A DNA stretch of 62,481 nt, the filler included, from Diploschistes diacapsis (lineage: Eukaryota): NCBI GenBank assembly GCA_023645945.1. It is 10 parts of 10 records of this genome, joined end to end, with 100 filler letters (N's around TTAATTAATTAA, not from the genome) between each part and the next. Parts side by side here need not be neighbours in the genome. Positions count along the whole stretch, not along the records: positions 1 to 23,609 come from JALAIB010000260.1; positions 23,710 to 25,511 come from JALAIB010002605.1; 8 more parts are not named here. The stretch is one strand, 5' to 3'. The number at the start of each line of letters is the position of its first letter. The stretch's first letter is position 1. The position numbers were made by a program, and so were the translations under genes. Shown here one piece after another: positions 11,489 to 24,350 of the stretch. Under the pieces are notes generated by a model. The model saw only the letters and a list, made by a program, of their open reading frames with translations, made no database searches and had not been told where the DNA came from.

Positions 11489-12120
11489 TCAAGATGGTTC
11501 AAAAACAGCCATATTCGCATCATCCTCAGTCAAAGATTGCCTCCATGCCTGCCCAGTACATACAGCCGCATCGGTGAAGACACGCCGCCACCAGTTAGCT
11601 GCTTTCAAGTATTCCTCGGACATGTTTGATACGATAGCCCGCCAATTGGCCTCATCAATCTCAACAGAGTATACCCAGGATCTCATGTTTCCGTACTAAC
11701 GAGCTCTCTTTATGCTTCCATTGCGCCAACCGTCCGTGGCCTCGTTCCAAAGTTGGATATCTTCGTTATTCGCCAACTCCGGTCTCCTCCAACCGCGGCT
11801 TTTCAAGGATGTCGCTATTTGATCACTTGTTGATTTTCACAGGAGACCAACAGGTTCCAGCTACCGCATCCATCGTCCATGTCTCGAGTACATACCGTCA
11901 CCCTACCGTGTCGTCATACCTGTAACCTGCTAGCTTGTCTTGATATATATGAGTAATGAAGGCACAATCGTCGAAATGTGATCCGCTGACTTTGTACAAC
12001 ACATGCTCGTCGATTTCAAACGGTTCTACCCACTCAAGTCTCTCGGATTCAGCATGACGTCTTGAAGGTTTGGTTTTTGCCGGCTTCGAAGCATATCTCG
12101 CTGCTCTCGATCTAGGTTCC
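11489..12120 (-). pseudogene. Possible decayed gene (protein-like fragments broken by stops and frameshifts)
   Basis: Fragments WVEPFEIDEHVLYK..FITHIY..YRYD, IQLWNEATDGWRNGSIK and SWVYSVEIDE..SEEYLK, separated by stops. Confidence 0.3.
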
Positions 12121-13350
12121 TTCCGCGGTTCCGGAGGTCTGGGACAGCGCAGATCAAATAGAACTTGTCACGGTTCCCCCACTCTAAGGGTTCTAAAATT
12201 CCACAACGGGCATCAGAACTCTAACCCTAGCCGAGCACACAGCAGAATGTCAACAAGAAAACAATAGAACAAAGATTTTGAGAACAAAAAAAACGACGTG
12301 AAGGCGCCAGAGCGTATCCAAGCATTTTGGAAGGAAATAGGACACGTTTCCAAGAACTCGCGCCAAACATGGGGCAATAGCACCCTTATGTTGCGAATCC
12401 TTGAATCTGCCGCAGCCGAGCTGAGGCCTGGTGGAAGAATCCTGGGCCTGAGGTCGTTTTGGAAATTTGGAAAATCCTTTCAGGGTTAGATTGCTGCGAA
12501 GATGCTAGAAGTCAAATTTGAACTCGTCAAACCAGTAAATGGATTGTCCACATCCAGTTGTCTTCACAAACAGTCAATAAAGTGCGGTATTTCCTGCGAT
12601 GCTCAAGCTTGCATACTGCTGCTGCATCATCGAGATCGTTGAGCTGTCCCTGCGACTCCATAAGGCACTTGAAGCTGGAAGAGTCACGAAGCGCCCTCCG
12701 TTGGCGGAACAGTCACATGGTTTTCCAAGTACAGAAAACGGGTCAAAGATGGAACAAAGCAAAATTGGCAATTGGGTGTAGAAATGTAGAGACAAGGACA
12801 GCAAAAGGAAATAACACCGCAAATAACGGTTTTGCGAGATCCAAGATTCCAAATTACCTCGTTAAGCCACTTCACCCTGCTGCCATGCTCACAGGTAACC
12901 CTCATAGCCTGGGGCTTGTTCCAACTCTTGAAGCCGGTTACATGAAACGATTCTAGATGCCTTATCCCACATGCAGAAGGCCTGAGACAGCAGAGCCCGT
13001 CTCTCATCACCAGAGCCTGGCATGCGCGCCCATCCATGACATATACTGCCCAGCAGAGTGAGGCTGATGGCAAGACAGGTATTGCCATATAGTATGGAGC
13101 GTAAAGATTGGTTGTATAGTCAGAGCTCGACACCGAGGAAGCGGTAAAATGCATTGTATACATTTCACATGACCAATATCTGGGCTATGGCAGTTGCTCA
13201 GCATCTGTCTGCAACATCCACACCGACTTCCTCACCACAGGTTTCAGCGCATGATGGCATGCTCCGGAGTCTTGTGAAGATAAATCTCAACAATTCCTCG
13301 CTCTTCCTAGCAATATCGTGCTTTGGTCGTGTTCATCGTCTGAGCCGTGT

Positions 13351-14235
13351 TTAGAATCGTCGCTTTGCTTCATTCTTCTGATCTCGCTCTTCATCTTCGT
13401 CAACTTCGTCAACCTCATCATCATCATCTTCTTCTTCTTCATCTTCTTCTTCATCTTCTGAGTCTGCTGAGTGTTTGCTATCTACCTCTTTCGCTTTATT
13501 CTTCCTTGGGCTCTGAGCCTTAGGCCCTGCAAGACCGGATTTGTCCAGCTGCGGGGGTTGATTAGCTTCCAAAGTTAGCGCCGCTTCCATTGCGGCTTTG
13601 TGCTTAAAAGCCTGTACCTTTTCCATTTGGTTTATGGCAGCCAGCTGCTTTCTCGTAAACGATTGTGCCTTTTTACGGCGGACATCCTGCATCATTCTGT
13701 TGTTCGAAACGCGCATGGTGTATTGCGCCCTTCCATTGCTAGTCATCGCCTTTTGAGAGCCTTCCAGAGGTATTTGGATAGCAGAATAGCTAGAAACACG
13801 CGGACGTGCAGTAGGCTGCATGATCGGCCGTGGCCCGTTCCGCTCAACCCTGATTGTTGTCGTCATAGTATATCCATTAGGGTTTACCAACAACGCCTTC
13901 GGGATTGAAGGTTGTAAGAGACTGGTAACTAGGGATTTTGCTCGTCTCGGACCCTGAATGCGCCTGCTTGGGCAGGACAGACGTATAGTGTGAGGCGTTG
14001 AAGGAGCCATGAGCATGGCCGCTACCTGTAAGCGTGACAAAAGCATCGAAGGCATGGGCACTTGGAGTTTTGGATAGAGCCAAGCTGGCGGAGGTTGAGG
14101 CCTTGTCTGGCTCCGAAGAACATCGCGGGCTGAAAGATCGCGCTCCTCTTTAAGGCCATCGCTAATACCATGCTGAGCGCTGGCTAGGCCGCCCCAGGCG
14201 ATAAGGGCGCCAACGATGGAAGGAGCAAAGCGCAT
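13351..14235 (-). CDS. Hypothetical secreted protein with acidic C-terminal tract
   Basis: Signal-peptide-like MRFAPSIVGALIAWGGLASA; open frame; D/E run near the C-terminus. Confidence 0.5.
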   Translation of the reverse strand: MRFAPSIVGALIAWGGLASAQHGISDGLKEERDLSARDVLRSQTRPQPPPAWLYPKLQVPMPSMLLSRLQVAAMLMAPSTPHTIRLSCPSRRIQGPRRAKSLVTSLLQPSIPKALLVNPNGYTMTTTIRVERNGPRPIMQPTARPRVSSYSAIQIPLEGSQKAMTSNGRAQYTMRVSNNRMMQDVRRKKAQSFTRKQLAAINQMEKVQAFKHKAAMEAALTLEANQPPQLDKSGLAGPKAQSPRKNKAKEVDSKHSADSEDEEEDEEEEDDDDEVDEVDEDEERDQKNEAKRRF

Positions 14236-16981
14236 CGCAGGAGTATCGAATCGGATGAGACTAGAAAACTGAATACACACAGAAACTGGTGACAGTAGCT
14301 ACCAGAGCCGCACAAGTATGACCGAGAAAAAGCTAAGAAGGGAAATACTGAAACACTGCACACCACGATGAAATCTGAAGGGGATTGAAGCCCTGGTATA
14401 TTGGCTAGAGCCAACCCCAACTGGTCCAACGACATGACAACTAGTTTAGCAATTCCACCATCAAGAAAAAATTTACAACTTTTGTATAAATATTGCATAA
14501 ATATTTAAAATGATACTCGGTCCGATTAATCACCGGTTAATCACATATTAATCTAATCGTTAATGGATTATATTGATCGTCGAGACATAGATCCGCATGC
14601 AGATTATTGTCCATCGGTGAATAACGGCGACCGCAGCATACCGGCAAGAAAATATCGTTCTTGACACTCACGATCCAAGGATCAGAGGAAGCAGCCCCGC
14701 CGAGGTTCGGCGACTGTCACTTGCTGCACGGGGAAGTCAAACCTATACTTAACATACCAAGAACACAACACGTCAGCCCAAGTTTGGACGGAGGAACCTG
14801 AGGGAGGAAGCCAGCACTGCGCTCATGGTCAAATGTCCCCCAGTCTGTTTCTTTGAGTGAGTGACGGTTTGTTCGATGAAGGATCGAAGGAAAACGTGTT
14901 CCGAATCACCATTGAGCAGATGAGATTGCAAAGCAAGGTGAAACCGGCACAGCTGCGAGTAATCAACTCAAAACAACAGCTTGGGGAGAAATTTTCTTTC
15001 TTGTATAACGTGTATCCGGGTTACCCAGTAGCCCCCAGTCCAGCACGTTGCAGCTATTTTTGGTGGAGTGGATACTCTGTGCTCGGAATGCAATGAGGAA
15101 TGGAATGAGGAATTCAGGATGATGACCTGGGACAACACCACGAGGCGTGACTTGGACGGTTTCGGACTCTTGGCAGAGAGAAGAGAAACATTCCAAATTC
15201 TCACCAGTCAATTATGTCATTGGCTGCCTTTTTTCTTCCGAGTCCCCCGTTGCTGACTCTGACTTTGACTTTGATTAGAGATGCCGCCAACGTCATCCAC
15301 GTGGAATTACTACTAGCTGTTGTCCCGAGCGTCCTTGATTTAGATGATTTGGGGGCAAAAGATCTCCAGGAAAAGTCGGGAAACGTACGGGATAAAAGTA
15401 AGCGAAATCCGCATCTCGCTTGGCCCTGAGCATTACTGACAAATCACCCAGCACACCATGCTGACGTACTCCAGCTAGATAGTGAAGACGAGAAAGGCAG
15501 CAACCCCCGTGCGGACTTGGGAGTAGACAGCAGCACGTACCTGCCGATACGAAGTGCTGTGCTGTGTTGTGTGAAATAGGAATAGGGCAAAAACGAGGCA
15601 AGGCTGCAGCAACGACGAACAAGGCACGCCAGGCATGTGTCGCTTGGCGGTGAGCCTGGAGCAGGTTCCGACTCAACTCAAGAGCGGCGTCGTCCAATAC
15701 ATTTTATTACTCAGCGCCATTGTTTGGAGAACCAGGGGTGCTCTCTCTGGACATTGTGCGCGAAAGACTATGATTAAAGGAAAAGGAAAGGTTATGAAGT
15801 GTAGGACACGTGAGAATGGAAACCGTTATGCGCATATGACTCATCATGTGCATTCTAAAATCCTCTGGGTACTCGATGCGAGAACTAATGAATGAATGCG
15901 AAGAGGGGCCGGTTGACAGGCAGCAGCGCAGAGCAAGAGTCGGTCAAAGGCTCCAAAGCAAAGGTGGTGGAGTCCGGTGGGACGAAGTCATTAAAAGGGA
16001 GTATCGTGATAGGCTTGTTATTAACGAAAATGCACAGGGGGGAGGGAATGAACGAAAAAAGAGGAACAGGGTATATACTACAGGCTCCAGCGGAGATTGA
16101 ACGGTAATTGGGGGGGACAGACAAAAAGTAAGTCTGGTCCGGGCCTCAGCTCGCGTGGCCTAAAGAAAAGGTGAAGCTCGTGCAGTTAAGAGAGAAACGG
16201 GGGCAGAGGCAGAGGCAGAGGCAGAGGGATAATGGGGAAGGGGGAGAGCAATCTTCTGCACCTGCATGCCGTAAGCTGAGATGCGGCATGAGACGAAAGA
16301 AGAGCCGGAATTTGAGAGACTCTCATACTGACTGTAAAGTGGGGGAGTTTCAGGAATTATAAGGTCTGCTTTTTCCTCCACCCTCTTACATTCTTTTCAC
16401 TCTCTTTACTGTTTTGTTTATAAACTCTCAGTCCATTGCATCCGGAGAGAAACAAACAACCGTTGGTCTATTGCACAACAGCTTACAACAACCCTACCAA
16501 CAGGAAACTCGCAAGACTGGAAGCTCTCGCCCCTTCTCGGCAAAGCTTCCACCCTCCACCACCACCACCAGCAGCTAAAAAAAGACCAAGCCAAGTAACT
16601 CGACCCCTCCCAACTGCAACAACCACAGCAACTACATCACGCTCGACAGCAAACATCCCACAAAGCAACTCGTTGTTCGAGTTGTATATTTAATATCTAA
16701 TCGTTGTTCCCGTCTGGTTTCTTGGTCTTCGCTGCACTCTGCAACTCTCGTGACAACACCTTTGCTCGAGCACCCATCATTGCTTCGATCGTCAGGCTCA
16801 GCACTACTGAGTAGTACTAGCAAGCAAGCAATCCAATCCCGCAAGCTAGCCTTGCCAGACTCTGAGAGTATTCCGACACAACCAGCTGCTGAGCGGACTG
16901 TCCCGAACGTCAAGCACCAAAGTCAACAACATTAATTAATTAAAACACCGACTACATCACTCTTTAAACTTAATCGCAACA

Positions 16982-17431
16982 ATGTCGCCCACATCGCCCC
17001 GCCCAACCAGCGTCCACCGCTCATCCAGTTCCACCGTTGCCTCAACTCCGAGCTTGGGTCGCTCCAGCACCGACGGCAGCACTCACTCTGGTTCAACGCC
17101 AAGCTTTTTCTCCCGCATCAAGACATCTCGGTGTCGCTCCAATTCGCCTGCCAACCGCTCCAATACCTCGCCTTTACCGTTGCCAATCGAGGACGCTCGC
17201 CGGCCTCATCGCCTGCATCTGCGTTCGGACTCGGCCATGTCCACTGGCACAATGCCCACCCCTTCTCCACGTGGTCGCTCACGGTCCGCCAAGCGCAGCT
17301 CAGGTACCTACATGCAGGTAGGCCGACATGGGAACGACTGGCTCTTTGGCGGCTTCAGCTTCACCGAGGCCGTCAAGGGTCTCATCAGCCCGAGTCACGA
17401 CGGACACCACCACCTTCGGAACCGGGAGTAA
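16982..17431 (+). CDS. Small Ser/Arg-rich hypothetical protein with GRHGNDWLFGGFS motif
   Basis: 149-aa ORF, good start context (caacaATG), coding-like composition; motif recalled from uncharacterised Pezizomycotina proteins. Confidence 0.7.
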   Translation: MSPTSPRPTSVHRSSSSTVASTPSLGRSSTDGSTHSGSTPSFFSRIKTSRCRSNSPANRSNTSPLPLPIEDARRPHRLHLRSDSAMSTGTMPTPSPRGRSRSAKRSSGTYMQVGRHGNDWLFGGFSFTEAVKGLISPSHDGHHHLRNRE

Positions 17432-19657
17432 ATTGCGTCATGTCTGCTCTGTCCGGTGACGGCCGGTAATGGGATGCAAGGCCAAGGCCGTAGCAATGCG
17501 TGCCGAGCATGCAGTCGATCCTGGAACTTTACGAATTTTGATACCCGCAACGCGTACCACGACCCTTTTCTTACCAGGTGCTTTAAGAGCGCATTTAAAG
17601 GAGGGGCTTCGCTTCTAGCTCTTTGCAACATGTTGCACCTTGAAAGACAGAATTTGGTGGTTTACGATTTTCATGTATATAGCAATAGGATCCTTCCAAT
17701 GACTTGTTGTAGTGGACGATGGCAGTGGGGGTCTTTTAGCCCCTGCTGCATCCAATGAGAAACGCTGTTGCTTCGTTTTTTTCGTTGTTCCATTGCCTCG
17801 CATGACTATCACTAGAACAATCTTAAGGACGCGAACTGATTATCGAGGGAAGAACTAACAGTCCCCATTCCCACAATCTCCAGGACTTGCTGCGGCGTAG
17901 TTTCCAATCGTAACCCCTTTGCGCGAGAAAATCCCGCAATTCAGAAGGAAAGGCCCTTTGAACTCTGGCTGTCTAGCTCCAGAGCCTCAGCAAAGAAAGG
18001 AGCAGGCCAAAATCTTACCCAAGCTCAGAGTCCTAGATGGTCCTTAAGGGGGAAGATACACTGCGCCAAAATTAAAGGTAAACAAGCAAGAATGCAATCC
18101 TCTTCAACCAAGACGATGGAAGCTTTTCGCTTCTCATCAATAGCCCCTGGGCTCTTCTTGCACGTGTGTGCACGCGGTGGGACGCGGTGGACGCAAAAGC
18201 TCTGTAGCACCCCCCCTTCAAGCGCACACAAGGCGTAGATACGACGTAAGTAAATAAATACGACGTACCCACGTCGTCAACAGCCACAGGAAAAGTAACC
18301 CCATCCCCATGCATCATCCCATCACCTTCGCGCACCACCGTCGCACACACCCGCATGTAGCACTCACCCCTCCTCCTTTACGTACGGCATACGTGCAAAG
18401 TAGGTATCTTTCTGTATATCTCCGCCCGCTCCCTGTCTCCCCCAACATCCCCAAAGAACACACAAACAAAACCGATATCCCGTGTTCTATATATATTGCG
18501 CCACCAACTTGCGGTTCTGAAAGGTACTATACTGTGGTAGATGGGACGGCATCTCCTGCCATACGAATGTGCAGGTACGGTAAGTATAGGATCGGTGCAG
18601 GTGGATTGGCGACAAATCCCTTGTCACTGACCGGCGCGGGAGGGAAAAATGAAAGTGACTTCATGTTGATGGGCCTCTGATGATCTCCAAAGTACTTCCG
18701 GCAGCGAGCAAGAATTGCCAATTACTAATGGCTTTGAAGACGATCCGGCCTTGCGGCGGGAGTTACAAGATTTGCAAAGTGGCTTAATTTGCACTCTTTT
18801 CTGGCATCATCTCTTATCCAAACTTGCCTGCACCTAGGTAATTGGAGCTATGGAAATCATGAAATATTTCATTTCCGGACGAAGACTTCCCTTCGAAAAG
18901 TTAGTCGTAGGCTCTTTTTGCTCCTGACCCATGTGTTCTGGCGCAGAAGGAAATGAACAAGGCACGTGAATAATCCTTACGAAAGAGACACCCTAACGCT
19001 TGACCGCTAGCCAATGCCCCAGGTCTCGACTCCTGACGCAGGTGGCACGAAGTAGGAGAGCCTAGAACAAGAGGATATAGGAGACAAGAACCCCATTCCG
19101 GCCTACTGAGTGCGTGTTGGCCTACTTTTCGACCGTATGTCTTGCGGGCTCGGGTCATGCATAAGGCAGGAAAAGCTGACTCCGGATGACGGCCTAAAGT
19201 CTATCTCATGGAGGATCGTAAAGGTTTCCACAAAACGTGTCTATCGCTGGAGGAGGGACTTGGGCCATTCATCATCGCTTAGCTATGATATCAGATCTGT
19301 GGAACTGACCGAAGCACTCCACGTACATGACAAGATGACAAGGAAACTGGTGGTCATCCTCTGCATCACAGTCAACCCAACCCACTCTAAGATCCCTATC
19401 AAGACGTTGTGTTCAAGCTAGATTGTTTTTAGGAGGATTACCAACCCACGACAAGGCCTCCTCTCAGTCTTTACAAGCCACCCATTGCAAACGAAGTCTC
19501 AGGCGATAAAAGTCCCCAGAATAACCGACTGACCCGGCGGCTTGAATTGAGTACTAAGTGGGCTGACACGAACAAACACATGCGCCGCGTCCAGGCTGTC
19601 GGGACCCTTAGCTCAACGGCTCAGGCAGGAGGGAACAGATTTTATGCATGGAATTAA

Positions 19658-20095
19658 GGCCCTGTTTGGCTGCACATAGAGCTGCTCTACGATAGAGCAG
19701 CTCTACATAGATGGCGGCCACCATCTACGTGGCGCGTTTGGCAGCCAGCCCCACCACGCTGTCGCTTACCATCCTCGGCCTAGTAGTCCAGCCTCGGCCC
19801 AACCTCCCAGCCTTCCCAGCCTTCTCTGCGATGCCCTCGCAGGCGTAGCATTTGTCGTAATGCTGGGCTGCGTATAATTGCGTTGCGTAACATCAGCGAA
19901 TAAAATAACGGTTATCCTATTTTTGTTTTCGTGATATCTGGATTAAAAAATGGTCCATTTTAGCCAGATGGGAAAGGGAAATGGACGATGGAAGCGGCGG
20001 CGATAAGGTTTCGATCCATCTTAAATTAATACGTAAAACTTATCGAGATCTCTCGAGATCTCGATAAGCTCTACGCTGACCACCAAAACAGGGCC
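19658..20095. mobile_element. Tourist-like (PIF/Harbinger) MITE, 438 bp
   Basis: TIRs GGCCCTGTTTGG ... CCAAAACAGGGCC, flanked by TAA at 19655-19657 and 20096-20098; no ORF; internal hairpins. Confidence 0.75.
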
Positions 20096-20805
20096 TAAGC
20101 TTAAGTTGCTATCTGTCACTTATCGAGCTGTCAAGGTCTCTCCCTACAGCATGTTAGTTGACCTACACCTTTGCCATCACAGGCGCCGACACGGGTCGAG
20201 CCACACTCAGTCGTTTGCTTGGTAAGGTAAGTGGATGTTTCTTTCTCTCTATCTTGAGCCATAGTATATTGCTCTCTTTATGTCCTGCAAGACAGAAGCT
20301 GTACAAATAATACTTACTTAATGGCCGCATCGGTTGCATCAACATGTCATCTTTCTGTAAGACAACAGGGTCTATATCTTTGAAAAGATTCGAGCCCAGG
20401 AAGCAGTTCTCGGGGCATTACTTGACCACTTGATTCTTAACCCCAAGGTTGACAGGTTATGAGCTTTGAGTAACTTGTTACATGCATCAAGACACAAACA
20501 TAGACAAGAAGGGCCCCATATATAGTCCTGTTCTACTATCCGCGCACTCTCCTTTGACTTTCTTCCTGCCCTCATACCATCCTTTCCCCAACGCTCACCC
20601 TTTCCCCCTCAGTATTCTACTCAGCATCAATATATCCCTGCAGGCCGTCAAACGCGCCAAACTCGCATCACGAGCGTGCATGCCATCCTCGATACCCACC
20701 ACAAATTGAGGTGGCGCTGTTCCATTTCTAGCCGCTCTCGGCTGAGGAGGGGGTGGTGGAGGTCGATGTAGCCCGGGCCGTAGTCTTTTTTCCACGAATT
20801 CAATG

Positions 20806-21819
20806 CTAGATCGGCCGAGCGCGGACACAGGCACTGTCTCGGCGAGCTTGGGTGCCACGCGGATAGATGTCTCCGCGCTTCGAGCCCAGGGCGGGTGAGG
20901 ACTTTGGCAATGGCCAAGCCGCGTCCGCGCTCGCTGCGATACACTGTACGTTTCGGGGACGGAGTCGATGCTGACTTGCTGGGTTTCGGCTACGTGGATG
21001 TAATAGGAGGCATTGGGAGCTTATTAAGGAGCTTGTGGGCTGGATAAACCGCAGGCCTTGGTGCTTGGGTTGGCCTGCTAGCTTCATATCAGGCTTTCTC
21101 TGGTAGAACTGCGCGCGGGGCACTTGGATATGAAAGAACAGAGGTACTTCGAACGCCCGTTGTGTGGCTGATGACAACGCGTTAGCTAGGACATATAGAG
21201 CGCTCATCTGCCAAGTCGATTGCCAGGATCGGTAATCTTGAACAACCTCAAGCCCTGATGCCGGCAATAATTCACTCACTGCAGCCTTGCAAAGGTTGAC
21301 GAGAATATTATCTTGCACGGAGCAATCATCATTGGTAGAAGAGAATAGCGCAATGCCGCCTCTTTTGGTCCGTTTAGAGCTATCCACATGTTTTGATCAT
21401 GAACGACAGTACTCAAGGCCAGTCAAGAAACAAGAAACATGATCTTGCGCGGAGAACAAACCAGCGCGAACACACCCCATGAACCGCGCTGCTGCATCGA
21501 CGATCATTGACATATACAGAGAATCTAATGCTTGTAGATATGTTCAGCCGTGCTCTGTCCTGCTCTGCTCCTGAAAGAATGCCGAAAAGTTGCAGTGTAA
21601 CACAACGGAAAAAGGGACGTCCCGCATCAGAACTTGTGGGGAGTTATTTCGTAGCCGGAGAGCAGTAACTGGATTGAGTAAATGGACTAGGAAAAAGAGA
21701 TCTATTGCCTTCCCGTTTCCACTAGCTTGAATGGCAGAGAAAAGATACTGTCTGCAATGATACTGGCTAGGCTTTCTGATGATATTGCGACGAGGTCGAG
21801 ACTGATCATTCTCGGCCAA
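20806..21819 (-). pseudogene. Probable pseudogene (one frame interrupted by TGA stops)
   Basis: ORFs 21544-21819 and 20806-21387 and the 52 codons between them share one frame, with only two TGA stops (21544-21546, 21397-21399). Confidence 0.35.
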
Positions 21820-23609
21820 CGTTCCCCAAGAACGAGGCCTCTGAAGGGACCCAGAGCTCCAGGAGAGTTTCCTGATTTGGCAACTTCGGCGATCAGGGGC
21901 TCTATGCCGGTTTCTTTGTCTGGGAGTCCCTCGTGATAAGGTGCAGATTCGATGTTATTTTAGCTCTGTAGCGCCCACGCATACTGTTCACTCTTTCGGG
22001 TCGCTGGTAGATCGTTCATCCGGTGGTCAGGAATGCGATGTGAATCCCTTCGCCTCCAATGTGGCATGTCTCAACCTATCGGGTAAAGTTCTAATGATCA
22101 GAGCCCAGCTAGACGACCGCAGCGTCATAGCTTAGATAGCGCCCGTTCTATCCAGCGTTTGGAATTGGAGCTAGCAACAAGCTCACACCAAGGATGCAAT
22201 GGCCGTATACGAATTACCAAGAGCTTTGTGTTGAGCAGATGAATGACAACACCCCACGCGTTGGAGCATGGCATGTCTCGGAGTAGAAAGCTTGGCTGAA
22301 GTCTACGTGCCACGGCAATACCTCCATATCAAGCTTCATTTTGTATATCATGAAAAGTCGCCGAAGTCAAAGCCAGGTCCTTGTCCATAGCACTGAAGAA
22401 GCTTGCAGGTAGAAGCTTAGGAACACCCCTTTTGCAGCCCTGGCCTGAGCAGATGTTCGTGGGCCAAACAAAAGCAGGCAGTATCTTATCAAGCCGCTTG
22501 TTATCGCGCTTGGATGCCATTAAGCGTTACTGCATAGTATTGAATGGTAGAGTGAACACCGTCAACCAGGAAGCATGGTAGTGAATCGTCAACCGGGCCG
22601 CGCCACCTACATTGGACGATCACGACCCAGGAGGACGGATAGCAACAGCCTCAACATGCACTTAGACTGCAGATCATTGATAGCTGTGACGACAGCTAGT
22701 TTCGACCTCAATTTCTCTTCAAGCCATTTGAGCCTTGTTGACATAAATGGCTGACCGAGGTAAGGCGAAGTGGGAAAAACAAAGTCCACTTCGCTCGATC
22801 GATCTGTGCTGTGCCATCAAGCCGCCACTATTCCATTGGTCCGCTGGAAATACATTGAATTGAATCGTTGACTACCCACGTTGGAGTCGGAGTCAAGTCG
22901 AGTCGAGTCGAGTCGGTATTATACGAGTATAAGATCGTATTCACGACCTCAAACTGCCTCTTTTTTTTTTTTTTCAAAATGTTGACTTCCTCGTCTTTCT
23001 CCAGAATCTTTGCAATAGATCTGTATCCCCGGTCGGCGGAAGAGCTTGATTGCGCGTCAGGGTCTGGCGTCATCCTGAGGCTTCGATATCGGGCGGCCCC
23101 AAAGTCTGTCCGAATGGGCAAACGGCCCCCCTTGGATGGGATAGTAGAGGAATTGACTCCATTCTAGACCGCTCTAGCTCCCGCACGCCGTACCATAGCA
23201 ATTTCTAGGCACAAAGGGTGCTCGGGCCTGCGTCGACCTTTGGACCTCGTCTAAGACCCGCCACGGCGTGTATCGTACCTCCCCCCCAAGGCAAGTTATA
23301 CCATCCTATAATTTTGCCATCTGCAAGCCTCCAACCCTTTACCCTGGCATATGCCACCCTTCAAAGCATGGACCAATTCGCCTTAAGTCACTGCAATGCT
23401 GGCTACTATAAGCAGAGAGAGTTTGATCAGGAACCCGATCCCCAAATCAACTCTCCTCTCACCTATCTTCTCGCGAGCGTGCCAGGTCCTTACAATGACC
23501 ACTCCACCTCCCTATATGGACTACTCAACTAACGGCCTCCCCGAACAGATGACGACCCCACCCCACCACCTCCACAACCAGAACCAGAACCATCACCACA
23601 CCCCCAACC

Positions 23610-23709
23610 NNNNNNNNNNNNNNNNNNNNNNNNNNNNNNNNNNNNNNNNNNNNTTAATTAATTAANNNNNNNNNNNNNNNNNNNNNNNNNNNNNNNNNNN
23701 NNNNNNNNN
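23610..23709. other. Artificial contig spacer N44-TTAATTAATTAA-N44 (also at 25512-25611, 27414-27513, 29313-29412, 31212-31311, 33111-33210, 56787-56886, 58686-58785, 60584-60683)
   Basis: Nine identical 100-nt blocks with a six-frame stop linker. Confidence 0.98.
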
Positions 23710-23974
23710 ATACGGTAGTTTGGTTCGGTAATTATTTGTTTCTTTAGTTTTTAATAAAACGGTTATTATATCCTAAAACGTCGTTCATTTGAGCTAATTA
23801 TATATATAATAATAGATCGATGTATGTAGATCAGTTCCTATATCCTACTAGACAGAAAAGTTTATATAAGGATATCATAATTAATTGAACCCATATAGAT
23901 CAATAGCGCTATATCCAACCATCGGACTATAACGTAGAGTTTTAGAAGTACAGAAATAACAACTAATAAAGAAC

Positions 23975-24350
23975 AATAGGCGTAGGCATCAAGGTCACGA
24001 TAAACAATGGCGCTAAATGTGACGAGCAATGGGCGTAGGCATAATGAGCAATGGCGCTAGATGTAATGAGCAATGGCGTCAAATAGCGAGGAGTAACGGC
24101 GCTAAATAGCGAGGAGCAACGGCGTCAAATAGCGAGGAGCAACGGCGCTAGGCGTGATGAGCAATGGGCGTAGGCATAATGAACAATGGCGCTAGATGTG
24201 ATAAACAATGGCGTTAAATAGCGAGGAGCAACGGCGCCAAATAGCGAGGAGCAACGGCGTTAAATAGCGAGGAACAACGGCGCTAGACGTGATAAGCAAT
24301 GGCGTCAATAGCGAGGAGCAACGGCGCTAAACGTGATAAATAATGGCGTT
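23975..24350. repeat. 22-23-bp minisatellite, core GAGCAA(C/T)GGCG
   Basis: Roughly 15 tandem units such as gagcaacggcgctaaatagcgag and gagcaacggcgctaggcgtgat. Confidence 0.85.

Noticed and set aside
14800..16400. Cluster of 60-130 aa ORFs
   Set aside because: No consistent frame, splice model or recognisable domain
23218..23609. Possible gene start at the end of contig 1
   Set aside because: Truncated by the gap, with no motif support
23975..24350. CRISPR-like array
   Set aside because: Contiguous tandem units with no unique spacers, no cas genes, eukaryotic context
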